From an archaeon (lineage in GTDB: Archaea > Nanobdellota > Nanobdellia > Woesearchaeales > UBA9642), in the NCBI GenBank assembly GCA_043806035.1, contig JAZDHK010000042.1, forward strand, positions 1-36,360: a DNA stretch of 36,360 nucleotides, written 5' to 3'. Shown piece by piece: positions 16,604 through 26,067 of the stretch. The notes beneath the pieces are model-generated. The model did not search any database. It had not been told where the DNA came from and worked only from the letters and a program-made list of their open reading frames with translations. Every line of letters starts with the position of its first letter. The first letter of the stretch is position 1. The translations under genes and the position numbers were made by a program.

Positions 16604-17182
16604 CTTCATCGTTCCAGAAATGTGCAATCCTAGCGTCAGAGGAGCGGTGATGTCTATCTCCGCCTTTCCCGTCGAGTCGTACTTCCCAGAAATGTTCCAG
16701 TCCCAGCCAAACCAGCGCGTGTACTCTCCGATGATGATGCCGTCAGCGACGTGTAATTTGAGTGTGTTGTTTGGCTTTGGTCCCCAGCGTCTGATTTCGT
16801 ACTCGTCTTTTCCTGTCTGCTGTACGTTCCAGTTGAATTCTGACTTCTCGACTTTTCCCTGCAGCAGGTTCTCGTTGCTTGCGTGGAAGTCTGCGTCGGT
16901 GAGTGCGAGATCGAGATGCGTGTGTATGCTTGTTGGTGTTGTGCTTCCCGTGAGTTTTGCATCAGGATAGAATGTTTTGCCGACGTTCATGTCTATTCGG
17001 GAATTCCCATACGCTTGTTGTGCTGCTATTCCCGTGACGATTGTTGCGATGCTGTTTTTCGTCCTGCCTTGCTGGACTTTTTGCGAAAATCCGGGAAGGT
17101 CAAGGTATGAGCTAGACACGTACAGGCAGCCGATGATTGCTGCTGCGGTTGCTATGGTGAGGATTGTTTTCAGGCTTTTCAT
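16601..17182 (-). CDS. Secreted/membrane-anchored beta-rich hypothetical protein
   Basis: N-terminal hydrophobic segment; last gene of a 4-gene minus-strand run; its stop overlaps the tRNA-Arg 3' end. Confidence 0.75.
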   Translation of the reverse strand: MKSLKTILTIATAAAIIGCLYVSSSYLDLPGFSQKVQQGRTKNSIATIVTGIAAQQAYGNSRIDMNVGKTFYPDAKLTGSTTPTSIHTHLDLALTDADFHASNENLLQGKVEKSEFNWNVQQTGKDEYEIRRWGPKPNNTLKLHVADGIIIGEYTRWFGWDWNISGKYDSTGKAEIDITAPLTLGLHISGTMK

Positions 17183-17207
17183 GCACGTGAATAAGGTTTT
17201 GTCGTAT

Positions 17208-17591
17208 TTAGAGATATCGTTTTGCCAATGCCCGTATGGGGCAAATGTCGTGCAGGAATTCGGGCAAATGCTCGAACTGGATGGTGAATTGCAGCGCGTG
17301 CGTGATGTCTGCGTACTGGGGGTCGGAAAGCACGTAGTTGAGATGCCATTTCTCGATGTTGATGCTGAAGTATGGTGTGGAGAGAATGCCTTGGCTGTAG
17401 CCGAGTTTCTGGCCTATGTCGAATCGGATGTGTGGTAGAGGCTCTGTCGTCCAGTGCAGGTTTAGGTCTTTCTTTCCCGCCTGTGCATGGATGATGCATT
17501 GGTCAGTGAGATAGAATGTTGTCGGCGGCGTCCAGGCATCATTGGCATACGCTAGTCCAGTAAGTGCAAGGATGGCGAGTGCTGTTCTCAT
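17208..17591 (-). CDS. Small secreted hypothetical protein, paralog of 18157..18552
   Basis: Signal peptide MRTALAILALTGLAYA; PYFS and D-x2-H-x7-F shared with the paralog. Confidence 0.7.
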   Translation of the reverse strand: MRTALAILALTGLAYANDAWTPPTTFYLTDQCIIHAQAGKKDLNLHWTTEPLPHIRFDIGQKLGYSQGILSTPYFSINIEKWHLNYVLSDPQYADITHALQFTIQFEHLPEFLHDICPIRALAKRYL

Positions 17592-18154
17592 GAGCGTACT
17601 GCGGGAGATGCAAAGAGTGCGTTCGTGTCCAGCCGCCTATTGTCAACAACCCAGCGGTAGAGCAATGGGCTGATGATGGCAGCGCCGATGACATTACCGA
17701 GAAGATGCATGAGCGTGAACGGAATCTGACCTATAAGCGCTGTGCTGAAAGGCATGTTGAAGATCATGCTGCTCATGATCGGTCCAGTAAGGAAGTCGTA
17801 CACGAGCGTTGCAATGACGGCAAACCCCGTATAGCGGAGGATGGTGCCTTCTCTCTTTTTGAGGTAGAGTCCTGCTGCAACGCCCACAAGCCCGTACAGG
17901 ACGGCAGTGACGAGCGTCCAGATCCCGAATCTTGGAAATCCAGGCGTGGGATGGATGAGATCGAAAAGCACTATCGAGAGCATGCCGAACAGCGCTCCTG
18001 CCGCCCACCCCCACTTCTTGCTGAATGGCAGCGTCGTGGTCATGATGGGTTCCATGTTTGCGGGCCTGAAGGGAAGGAGTCGGATGAGGAAGCACACGGC
18101 TAGTCCGATGATGTACTTTATGGTCCCTTGCTTGAACGTGTTGTTTTTTTTCAT
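17588..18154 (-). CDS. ECF transporter S-component-like membrane protein (DUF6580-like)
   Basis: IRLLPFRPANMEP, ~5-6 TM segments, GQIPFTLMHLLGN. Confidence 0.7.
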   Translation of the reverse strand: MKKNNTFKQGTIKYIIGLAVCFLIRLLPFRPANMEPIMTTTLPFSKKWGWAAGALFGMLSIVLFDLIHPTPGFPRFGIWTLVTAVLYGLVGVAAGLYLKKREGTILRYTGFAVIATLVYDFLTGPIMSSMIFNMPFSTALIGQIPFTLMHLLGNVIGAAIISPLLYRWVVDNRRLDTNALFASPAVRS

Positions 18155-18156
18155 GT

Positions 18157-18552
18157 TCAGAAGTTGACGTGCAGGCGTATTCTGTGCTGCATGTCCTTGA
18201 CGTGTTCGGTAGGAATAATCTGATATTCGATGCCCAGCTTGCCGTTGTACCCTACAGAGAAGTACGGCGCTACCCAGGAGGGGTGTTCGTGCCAGGCGAT
18301 GCCTTTGCCCGTGTAGAGCTTGTTGTTGTCTATGCCATACTCCCTGAATCCAATGCTGAACAAGTTGGGATAGGGTTTGTTGTTTGCATCGACCGTTCCC
18401 TCGAGGGAGAAGTCCTTGTTCAAAGGAAGGACTGCCTGCACGTTGGCAAAACCCACGTGGTTGGTGGTGTCTCGTGCAATGTGTCCTGTTGTGTTGAGCC
18501 CGTCTCCATACGCGATGCCTGCGAGCGCAAGCGTCGCCAATAGCAGTTTCAT
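18157..18552 (-). CDS. Small secreted beta-rich hypothetical protein
   Basis: MKLLLATLALAGIAYG signal peptide, GGTGA SD, C-terminal RIRLHVNF. Confidence 0.75.
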   Translation of the reverse strand: MKLLLATLALAGIAYGDGLNTTGHIARDTTNHVGFANVQAVLPLNKDFSLEGTVDANNKPYPNLFSIGFREYGIDNNKLYTGKGIAWHEHPSWVAPYFSVGYNGKLGIEYQIIPTEHVKDMQHRIRLHVNF

Positions 18553-18636
18553 GAAGTCACCTGCTGCATCTTTTGTGCAGCTCCTATATATGTTTTGTCC
18601 CAAACCTTTTTAAAAGACGCGTTTGTTCCTGCTTGC

Positions 18637-19005
18637 ATGATTACTTGCAAAGAATGTACGGGCCATTGCTGCACGTACATCGTCATCCCGCTTCCCACGC
18701 CAGAAACGGAAGAGGATTACTTGGACATCTTCTGGTACATTTTCCATAAAGGAGTGTACGTGTTTATTGACGAGGAAGGTGCGTGGTGCGTCAAGGTCGC
18801 CAGCCCCTGCAAGCACCTGCGGAGCGATCATAGCTGCGTCATTTACGAAGACAGGCCCCCTGTCTGCAGATATTACACTATTGAGGAGTGCGACCGCAAC
18901 GATCCTGCCGAGCACGTGGGATTTCCCACTGCAAAGGAATACGCGCATTGGCTGCTGGAAAAAAAGATTCTTCCAAAAGAAAAAATTCCTACGGTGTACA
19001 CGTGA
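18637..19005 (+). CDS. YkgJ-family cysteine-cluster (CxxCxxCC-type) protein
   Basis: CKECTGHCC...PCKHL...CVIYEDRPPVCRYY. Confidence 0.9.
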   Translation: MITCKECTGHCCTYIVIPLPTPETEEDYLDIFWYIFHKGVYVFIDEEGAWCVKVASPCKHLRSDHSCVIYEDRPPVCRYYTIEECDRNDPAEHVGFPTAKEYAHWLLEKKILPKEKIPTVYT

Positions 19006-19667
19006 AAGTTGTCCACATCACGACCAGCTTTGCAGAAAAAGTCATGCTTCCCCAGGCATGCATTGCAGCACTTCCAGAAACGGTTGCGTTGTTCACGACG
19101 GCGCAGTTCATCACGCAGTTGGACAGCATGCAAGCGCAACTCAAGAAACTGGGGAAAAGGGTTGTTGTTCTCAAGACGAAGAACACGCGCCATCCCGGGC
19201 AATTGTACGGGTGCAACATCGACACATTCACAAGAGCATTCGATGCATTCCTGTACGTCGGCGATGGTCTCTTCCATCCTCAAGCGTTGCTTTTACGAAA
19301 TGACCAGCCAGTCTTCTTCTACAATCCCTTAACAAAAAAACACGGCAAGCTCGATGCGAGCATTGTTGAGATGTTGCGCAAGCAGCAAAAAGGGGCGTTG
19401 CTGAAATTTCTCAGCAGCACTCATGTCGGTGTTCTCGTCTCGACGAAGCCAGGACAGAATCACTATAGGGAAAGTTTGAAGCTGCAGGAAAAATATCCAG
19501 ACAAGACGTTCTACTACCTTGTTGCGAACACGATTGATTTTTCATCGCTCGAGGACTTCTCGTTCATCGAATGCTTCGTCAATACTGCCTGCCCGCGCAT
19601 AGGCTTTGATGATGGAAGCAAGTTCACCAAGCCAGTCGTTAATTTGTTCGATGTGCTCGAAAGATAA
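19002..19667 (+). CDS. dph2: Diphthamide biosynthesis Dph2-family protein, N-terminally shortened
   Basis: TTAQF, GQLYGC, YVGDGLFHP, VSTKPGQ, NTACPRI; GTG start overlapping the YkgJ stop (GTGA). Confidence 0.88.
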   Translation: MKVVHITTSFAEKVMLPQACIAALPETVALFTTAQFITQLDSMQAQLKKLGKRVVVLKTKNTRHPGQLYGCNIDTFTRAFDAFLYVGDGLFHPQALLLRNDQPVFFYNPLTKKHGKLDASIVEMLRKQQKGALLKFLSSTHVGVLVSTKPGQNHYRESLKLQEKYPDKTFYYLVANTIDFSSLEDFSFIECFVNTACPRIGFDDGSKFTKPVVNLFDVLER

Positions 19668-19693
19668 AGTTTTTAAATCTGCTTTATTGTGGC

Positions 19694-22600
19694 ATGCGCA
19701 TGGTGAGTTGGTGGAAGACATTTTTGCTTGTGCTGTTTGCATTCTCATTGTTGCCTGCAGTGCATGCTAATGTCATGGGCTGTAACTGTGTTCTTGGCCA
19801 GAACCTGTATAATGGATTTAATGCGGAATGTTTTAATGCTAATCCTGACGCACCATATTGCCAGTTCAGAGGAGCGTACCAAAGCGTGTATAGTTGTGAT
19901 TATCCCATCACGGGAGGGAATTGTATTTTCTATCCGGATTGGCACATGTACATATGTAATGATTATTTTCCGTACTATTGTGACATTGTCCAAATTCCTT
20001 GCGGGACTTGCGTAGGGACTTCTTGTGAGTACACTTGTCCAATAGTTAGGAGTTGTGCAGATGGCAACACCATCCGCATTACTCATCAGCACACGGGTGA
20101 GGAGTGCGGCCAGTGTGTTTCTGGTTATGTGGAGGACATCGATTGTGCCCCCGGCTCGTATTGCAGCGGAGGTACGTGTGTTGCCGGTTCACCTGTGTCC
20201 TGTCCCCAGCCGGGTGACTGCCTCATGATGTTCGTCAGCAATATGAAGACGAGAGGGAACATCAGTGAGCCAGGATATGCGATGGGTCTGGATAGTGCTG
20301 ACGCAATTTGTCAGGGGGATGCAGAAGCGGCAGGGCTTCCTGGGGAATGGATTGCTTTCCTGAGTAGCAGTACACGCAATATTGCTTCGTTGTTAGGAGA
20401 TGCGACGTACAAGACTGTCGCGGGAAATAACATTGCAGACTCAAAGGCAGACTTGCTCGATGGCGACATCAACACGGCCATTCAAGGGCCGTGGGGAAAC
20501 GAGTATTACAGTTACTACGGCAACGATGTCTGGTCGGGAACTACCTATCAGGGAATGAATACGGGATACAATTGCCAGAACTGGAACAATGGGCTATACT
20601 CTGCCTCTGGAACCGAGGGGTATGTCTCGTTTGCAGGCGAGGGTGGTGGTTGGTGGGTCAATCTCGGTGAGAGTGGGTGCGATTATCTTCTTCCGTTGTA
20701 TTGTGTCCAGGTCTGCCCGGACAATGATGGAGATGGGGAGCATTCTGAATTGTGTGGTGGCGATGACTGCAATGATGACAATCCCGCGATTAATCCTGCT
20801 GTTTCGGAGCAGTGTGGGAATGACATCGATGATGATTGTGATGGCTTGACGGATTGCGTCGATGATGACTGCTGGGGAGACAGGGTGTACTGCAAATGGG
20901 TCTTTTTATCAACGGATACCTCGCTCACGGGCAGTCTTTCAGGAATGGCTTTGGCAGATCAAGTTTGCCAGAACGAAGCGAACGCGGCAGGCATAGGCAT
21001 ATCAAATAATAGGCAGTATGTTGCCTGGCTGAGCAAGTCAGGTGTTAATGCAAAAGACAGAATACCTGATGCGGAGTACATACTAAGAGATGGAACGCTC
21101 ATAGCGTACAACAAGAGCGATCTGATTGATGGATCAATAAGGAACCCTTTAATGAAGAATGCTACGGGTGCGGCGCGTTCTGATACGGTCTGGACGGGAA
21201 CGGTATCCAGCGGAGTCGGGACGGGAGGTTCAGACTGTACGAGTTGGACCAGTGGCGGCAGTACAGTATCTGCGTACAGAGGGTCCAGTACTTCGACAAG
21301 TGGAAGCTGGACATATGCAGGCACAAGCTACTGCAATAATCAGAATGCCGTGTACTGTTTTGAGACGGGTTCCTGCTCTGCGGAAGTCTGCACTGGCGGA
21401 TTGGATGAGGACTGTGATGGACAGTCAGATTGTGCAGATACGGATTGCTGTCTCAACACTGCATGTAAGGATGATCTCAATTGCCGTATGGTGTTCGTGA
21501 GTAATGCAACGACCATGGGATTCATGATCACTGATGATGTGTCTAAGGGTATTTTGCTTGGCACTTCTGCAGCGAACGCAATCTGCACGAGTGAAGCAAA
21601 CGCTGTAGGAGGAATCATGGCGAACAGGGCATGGAAGGCATACCTCAGCACCTCGAGCGGCGCTCCGTCAGTGAGCGGCAACAAGTTTATTCGTCCGGAC
21701 AATGTGATTGTGTCCACGAGCAACACCAACTTTCGTACTGGAACCCATGCTGCTCCCATCAGCAAGAATGCGGCAGGACAAACCGTTACAGGGGATGTGT
21801 GGACGGGGACGACGAGTTCGGGAACTGCCTCAGCATATAGGTGTACTGAATGGTTCGGTATAAGTCAGGGATTGTATGGGCAGAGCAGTGCGAGTGATGC
21901 GTACTGGACTCAGTACTCATCTTCTCCGTACAATTGCATAAATACAAAGCACGTGTATTGTGTTCAGACTGCCTGTGGTGGGAGCGAAATTTGTGGCAAT
22001 GGCATCGATGACAATTGTGATGGCAGCACGGATTGCGAGGATGTCAGCTGCTGCAACACTGCCTACTGTTCGAGGAGCAGGCAGTGCAGGATTGCGTTCG
22101 TGACCAGTACGCAAACCACAGGACTGATTCAGGAGCCAGGCTATGCGAGTGGTGTTGCAAGCGCCAATGCTATCTGCCAGCGCGAGGCGAAAGCAGCGGG
22201 AAGCCTCATCCAAGGATACAGGGCGTTTGGTGCCTATTTGGTGAATGTAAGCCAGCATCCGGGTATTAGCCTGAACTTGCAGACGAGAAGATACGTGCGG
22301 GTTGATGGTTCTATCATAACGACGAACGATATTCCTTGGCGGAATACTGCCAATTCCATTAACGTTGCCATCCAGCGTCGTGCGGATAACACTGCATTGT
22401 CAACAACGGTCTGGACGGGCATGAGAAGTGGCAATATTGTGTCAAGCAATCCGTGCAGCAATTGGAAGAACACCTCGGGAAACACGTATTATGGAACGAG
22501 CAGCAGCAGCACTGCGAATGTTTGGGGAAGCAGTGCCTCAGCTTCGGCATGTAGCGGCGCGAAGTCATTATATTGCGTCCAGCTCGAATGCACGTCGAGC

Positions 22601-23770
22601 GAGAGTTGTTCCGATGGCATTGATAATGACTGTGATGGATTTATTGATTGTGAGGACAGCGACTGTTCTGGCTCTGCAGACTGCTATTATGCATTCACCA
22701 CTTCTACACTGACAACTGGAAGAATCCAATTCCCGGGAACACAGACGGGCATTGCTTCAGCAAATGCTCTCTGCCAGTACGAAGCGAACTTATCTTCAAC
22801 AACAAGAGGCAAGGCGTTCGTTGCCTGGATAAGCACATCCGGTGCTGCAGGACCTGTGCAGAACGCCAGAAGTGTCATCGCCAACACCTCGTATTTCTTG
22901 GTGAACAGGACAAGGATTGCAAACAATACAGAAGACTTGACAGATGGCACTATTGCAACAACCATCAACCTCAACTCCTCAGGGGAAAGTCAGACAGGCA
23001 CATCGTATGTGCGGACGGGAACGAACAGGTCTGGCCAAGTGACATCAGGATACACGTGTGTTGATTGGACAGATAACACCTCGGCTTCAGGAGAGGCAGG
23101 GATACGCATTTCTTCAGGCTACCAATGGACTGAATTCACCACTCGCCCATGCTCTGAACTGCAACGACTATACTGCTTCCAAATTGCATGTGATGCTGAT
23201 GGCGTCGAAGATGGCGGCCAATGCGCTGACGGCATTGACAATGACTGTGATGGCCTGATTGACTGCCAGGACACTGCCAACTGCAACGGCGCAGGCAACT
23301 GCAACGAACGCTTGGCAGTGAACGGCTGCGCGAACAACATCGATGATGACAACGACGGGTATGCGGACTGCGTTGATTATGATTGTTTCTTTAGTCCTTC
23401 AGCAACGACTTGTGTGAATTCATCAGTTAGTGGGCAGGGTCAGAACGCGGTTCCGGGAACTAATTATTACTGTTCCAACGTCACCGCGAACGGTTCTGCA
23501 CAGGTAGGGCATTGTTGCCAGGTGAATAACGCGTGGAATGTGAGTGCGAATCAATGCACGCAGACTCAAGGTTGTTATACCTTCTCCGGGCCTTGTAAAA
23601 TTGAACCCAATAATCCTTTCAACCCAGCATCATCTCTCTATTGGTTTCAGATTCCAGACATCAGCGGATTTTGTATTGCTCCTGCTGGTCCTCCGTATTC
23701 GTTAGCGTGTACTCCTGTGTATTGGTTTGGGAATTGGTCGTACCAGTACACGCCAGTTGTCGTCGTCTAG
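19694..23770 (+). CDS. Large Cys-rich secreted protein with five DUF1554/endostatin-like domains and Asp/Cys-rich (DNDCDG) linkers
   Basis: Signal peptide; five repeats of FVS...A[DN]xxCxxEA...AxLS...[VI]W[ST]G...CxxW...YCx[QE], separated by ExCxxGxD[DN]xCDGxxDCxDxxC motifs. Confidence 0.88.
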   Translation: MRMVSWWKTFLLVLFAFSLLPAVHANVMGCNCVLGQNLYNGFNAECFNANPDAPYCQFRGAYQSVYSCDYPITGGNCIFYPDWHMYICNDYFPYYCDIVQIPCGTCVGTSCEYTCPIVRSCADGNTIRITHQHTGEECGQCVSGYVEDIDCAPGSYCSGGTCVAGSPVSCPQPGDCLMMFVSNMKTRGNISEPGYAMGLDSADAICQGDAEAAGLPGEWIAFLSSSTRNIASLLGDATYKTVAGNNIADSKADLLDGDINTAIQGPWGNEYYSYYGNDVWSGTTYQGMNTGYNCQNWNNGLYSASGTEGYVSFAGEGGGWWVNLGESGCDYLLPLYCVQVCPDNDGDGEHSELCGGDDCNDDNPAINPAVSEQCGNDIDDDCDGLTDCVDDDCWGDRVYCKWVFLSTDTSLTGSLSGMALADQVCQNEANAAGIGISNNRQYVAWLSKSGVNAKDRIPDAEYILRDGTLIAYNKSDLIDGSIRNPLMKNATGAARSDTVWTGTVSSGVGTGGSDCTSWTSGGSTVSAYRGSSTSTSGSWTYAGTSYCNNQNAVYCFETGSCSAEVCTGGLDEDCDGQSDCADTDCCLNTACKDDLNCRMVFVSNATTMGFMITDDVSKGILLGTSAANAICTSEANAVGGIMANRAWKAYLSTSSGAPSVSGNKFIRPDNVIVSTSNTNFRTGTHAAPISKNAAGQTVTGDVWTGTTSSGTASAYRCTEWFGISQGLYGQSSASDAYWTQYSSSPYNCINTKHVYCVQTACGGSEICGNGIDDNCDGSTDCEDVSCCNTAYCSRSRQCRIAFVTSTQTTGLIQEPGYASGVASANAICQREAKAAGSLIQGYRAFGAYLVNVSQHPGISLNLQTRRYVRVDGSIITTNDIPWRNTANSINVAIQRRADNTALSTTVWTGMRSGNIVSSNPCSNWKNTSGNTYYGTSSSSTANVWGSSASASACSGAKSLYCVQLECTSSESCSDGIDNDCDGFIDCEDSDCSGSADCYYAFTTSTLTTGRIQFPGTQTGIASANALCQYEANLSSTTRGKAFVAWISTSGAAGPVQNARSVIANTSYFLVNRTRIANNTEDLTDGTIATTINLNSSGESQTGTSYVRTGTNRSGQVTSGYTCVDWTDNTSASGEAGIRISSGYQWTEFTTRPCSELQRLYCFQIACDADGVEDGGQCADGIDNDCDGLIDCQDTANCNGAGNCNERLAVNGCANNIDDDNDGYADCVDYDCFFSPSATTCVNSSVSGQGQNAVPGTNYYCSNVTANGSAQVGHCCQVNNAWNVSANQCTQTQGCYTFSGPCKIEPNNPFNPASSLYWFQIPDISGFCIAPAGPPYSLACTPVYWFGNWSYQYTPVVVV

Positions 23771-23858
23771 GCTGCTGTGAGCGTGGGGATTTGTTGGCGT
23801 TCGGTCATTTTTTCTCGCATCGAAATATTTAAATAGTTATGATTGCTAGTTGGTTCAC

Positions 23859-24404
23859 ATGAACGTATTTACAATCAATGGGTGTTATGAGATTATCTTG
23901 TTGCTCCTCAAAAGGCCGATGCATGGGCGCGGTCTGGCGGACTATCTGAGACTCCCGCTCACGACCGTGCAGAACAGACTGCATGTGCTCACGCGCGAAG
24001 GGGTCGTAGACTATCACACTGAAGGAAAAAATAAGATATTCGCGCTGAAAAAGAACCCTGTGGCGAAAGCGAACATCATCATGGCAGAGCAGTATAAACT
24101 ATTAAAACTGTATCATTCCTATCCTGAACTCCAAGTAATCCTTGATGAAGTGGCGAAACAGTTCAAAGGCATGACTATCCTATTCGGGAGCTACGCAAAA
24201 TTCCTCGCGAAGAAAGACAGCGATATTGACCTGTATATTGCATCAAATGAAAGAAAAGTAAAAGAGCGCGTCCAGCAGGTCAATAGCAGGTTAAGCGTGC
24301 AGATGGGGATGTTGTCAAAAACAGATGCCCTTTCCCAAGAGATTCTACAGGATCACGTCATCGTAAGCGGGGTGGAGGAGTACTATGCAGCATTTCCTCA
24401 CTAA
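23859..24404 (+). CDS. HTH + minimal nucleotidyltransferase (MNT) antitoxin
   Basis: N-terminal HTH (HGRGLADYLRLPLTTVQNRL); LFGSYAK...DSDIDL; TTTAAATA ~25 nt upstream. Confidence 0.88.
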   Translation: MNVFTINGCYEIILLLLKRPMHGRGLADYLRLPLTTVQNRLHVLTREGVVDYHTEGKNKIFALKKNPVAKANIIMAEQYKLLKLYHSYPELQVILDEVAKQFKGMTILFGSYAKFLAKKDSDIDLYIASNERKVKERVQQVNSRLSVQMGMLSKTDALSQEILQDHVIVSGVEEYYAAFPH

Positions 24405-24867
24405 ACTGAAAACGGAAGGAAAACTCGAGCTAGTGGAGCCGTCGAAGAACATAAGCGAGGCGTATGGCGCAAAAGCGAATGATTGCCTTCGTGCAGCAAA
24501 AGTCCTGCATGATGCGAGACTCTATGAGAACTCGATAGCGCAGAGCTACTATGCGATGTACAATGCCATCCAATCTTGCCTGTTCAGAACGGGTATAAAA
24601 TGCGAAAACCACACTGCGGCCATATTCTTGATACGCTATCTTTTCGAGAAGCCCTTGCTTGAGAAAAAAATTCTTGCAGCGAAGAAAGAACGGATTGACA
24701 GACAATACTATGTGACTGGAGAGCAGAATGAGCCGGTGACTAAGGAAAGTTCTCTTATGATGATTAAGGATGCAGAATCAAGTCTCATAGAACTACAGCT
24801 CTTGCAACAACGCCTCTTTGAGAAGGATATCAAACTGATGAGGGCTAAAATCAGCATGCTTACCTGA
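24385..24867 (+). CDS. HEPN-domain protein
   Basis: SYYAMYNA, CENH, ERIDRQYY; overlaps the MNT gene. Confidence 0.88.
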   Translation: MQHFLTKLKTEGKLELVEPSKNISEAYGAKANDCLRAAKVLHDARLYENSIAQSYYAMYNAIQSCLFRTGIKCENHTAAIFLIRYLFEKPLLEKKILAAKKERIDRQYYVTGEQNEPVTKESSLMMIKDAESSLIELQLLQQRLFEKDIKLMRAKISMLT

Positions 24868-24897
24868 ATCGGAAGCACATGCGCATATCTTGTTATG

Positions 24898-24965
24898 CTC
24901 GCCTGCACACAGGTATCTGGTTCGGCAATTGGACATATCAGTACATGCCTGTTGTCGTCGTCTAG
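24898..24965 (+). repeat. Displaced copy of the 3' tip of 19694..23770
   Basis: LACTQV(fs)WFGNWTYQYMPVVVV* versus LACTPVYWFGNWSYQYTPVVVV* (23702-23770); last 15 bp identical. Confidence 0.9.
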
Positions 24966-25048
24966 CGCGCCGTGATTCTTCTGCTTGTTTCGGATGGAAC
25001 ACTGGGACAGGTACGCGCATGATTTATGCCACTTTTGTTCCTCTGCGT

Positions 25049-25091
25049 GATGCGCTGATTGTCTTTCAGGACAAGAAAAGTGTGGCATCGC
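25049..25091 (+). pseudogene. Tiny Bro-N gene remnant
   Basis: DALIVFQDKK followed out of frame by VWHR, versus TALVVFQDKKIRRVWHK of the Bro copy starting at 31773. Confidence 0.6.
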
Positions 25092-25209
25092 GTGTGAGCG
25101 CGGGCACGATTTGTACGTACCTTTCCGTGACTGCGATACGCACTGAGCACGTGTAACGACGTAAAAACCGAAAAACTTATATAAATAAATGATATTATAG
25201 TATCATAAG

Positions 25210-26067
25210 ATGGAAAATTTAATAAACGCATCTGTGCTGGTGCGAAACGAACCGCTGCTCAGGGAGAGACTGTTTACGGACATCCAGTTCGCAATCCTCA
25301 AGAAACGACTGGGACACAAACCCTTGAACAGCACAGAGCGTACGTACTACTACAAATTCATCAAACCAAAGATAAAAGCGATGATGGCCTTCTTCAACAT
25401 CACCGACCTGAACATCCAAGGAGAGGAACATATCGTGCAAGGCAGAAAGGAAGAAGCAATAACAATACTCAAGAGGCTGGAAAAGAAACACAAGAACAAG
25501 AAGATACTGATTTCGGGGTCGTTCCTCTTCAACAAGGAATATGCTGATATCGATGCGTTCGTCATCACCACGTATACCAAGGAGGATTACGTCATGGGCA
25601 GGCTGCACGTGACGTTTCTGCCAGAATCCTCGCTAGATTCTCTGTTCTTTCAGTCCATTGCTCAAATTAGCGTGAGCAATTTCATCCATGCACGAATAGC
25701 TGCGCCAAGAATGAAGCTTGAGCATCTGTTGCAGGTGTATGAGCTGCTCATCAATGCCGTGCTGAATACGGAGGAGCACGAGAAGGAATTGCGGGAGTTC
25801 ATTCTGCAAACAGAATATTACTCGCGAGGCGTTGTTCTCAATCCAAAGCAGCTGTACGCGCTCAAGGAAAAACTTGCCCGGAAAAACACGCGTGCATTGG
25901 CCAATACGCTTATTAATGCACTACTCCTCGAGTACACGAACGATGTGGAACGCAAGCTCAAACAGCACATCGCTGATTACAAAAAGCTGCTACGTCAGTA
26001 CAAGACGGCAAAGAACTTGCCTATCTACATCGACACGTATGAACAGGTGATGTCCCTTGCGACCTGA
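25210..26067 (+). CDS. Nucleotidyltransferase-domain protein (putative antitoxin)
   Basis: ISGSFLFNKEYADIDAF (GS-x-DxD); TGATA-N6-TATCA palindrome at 25190-25205. Confidence 0.7.
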   Translation: MENLINASVLVRNEPLLRERLFTDIQFAILKKRLGHKPLNSTERTYYYKFIKPKIKAMMAFFNITDLNIQGEEHIVQGRKEEAITILKRLEKKHKNKKILISGSFLFNKEYADIDAFVITTYTKEDYVMGRLHVTFLPESSLDSLFFQSIAQISVSNFIHARIAAPRMKLEHLLQVYELLINAVLNTEEHEKELREFILQTEYYSRGVVLNPKQLYALKEKLARKNTRALANTLINALLLEYTNDVERKLKQHIADYKKLLRQYKTAKNLPIYIDTYEQVMSLAT

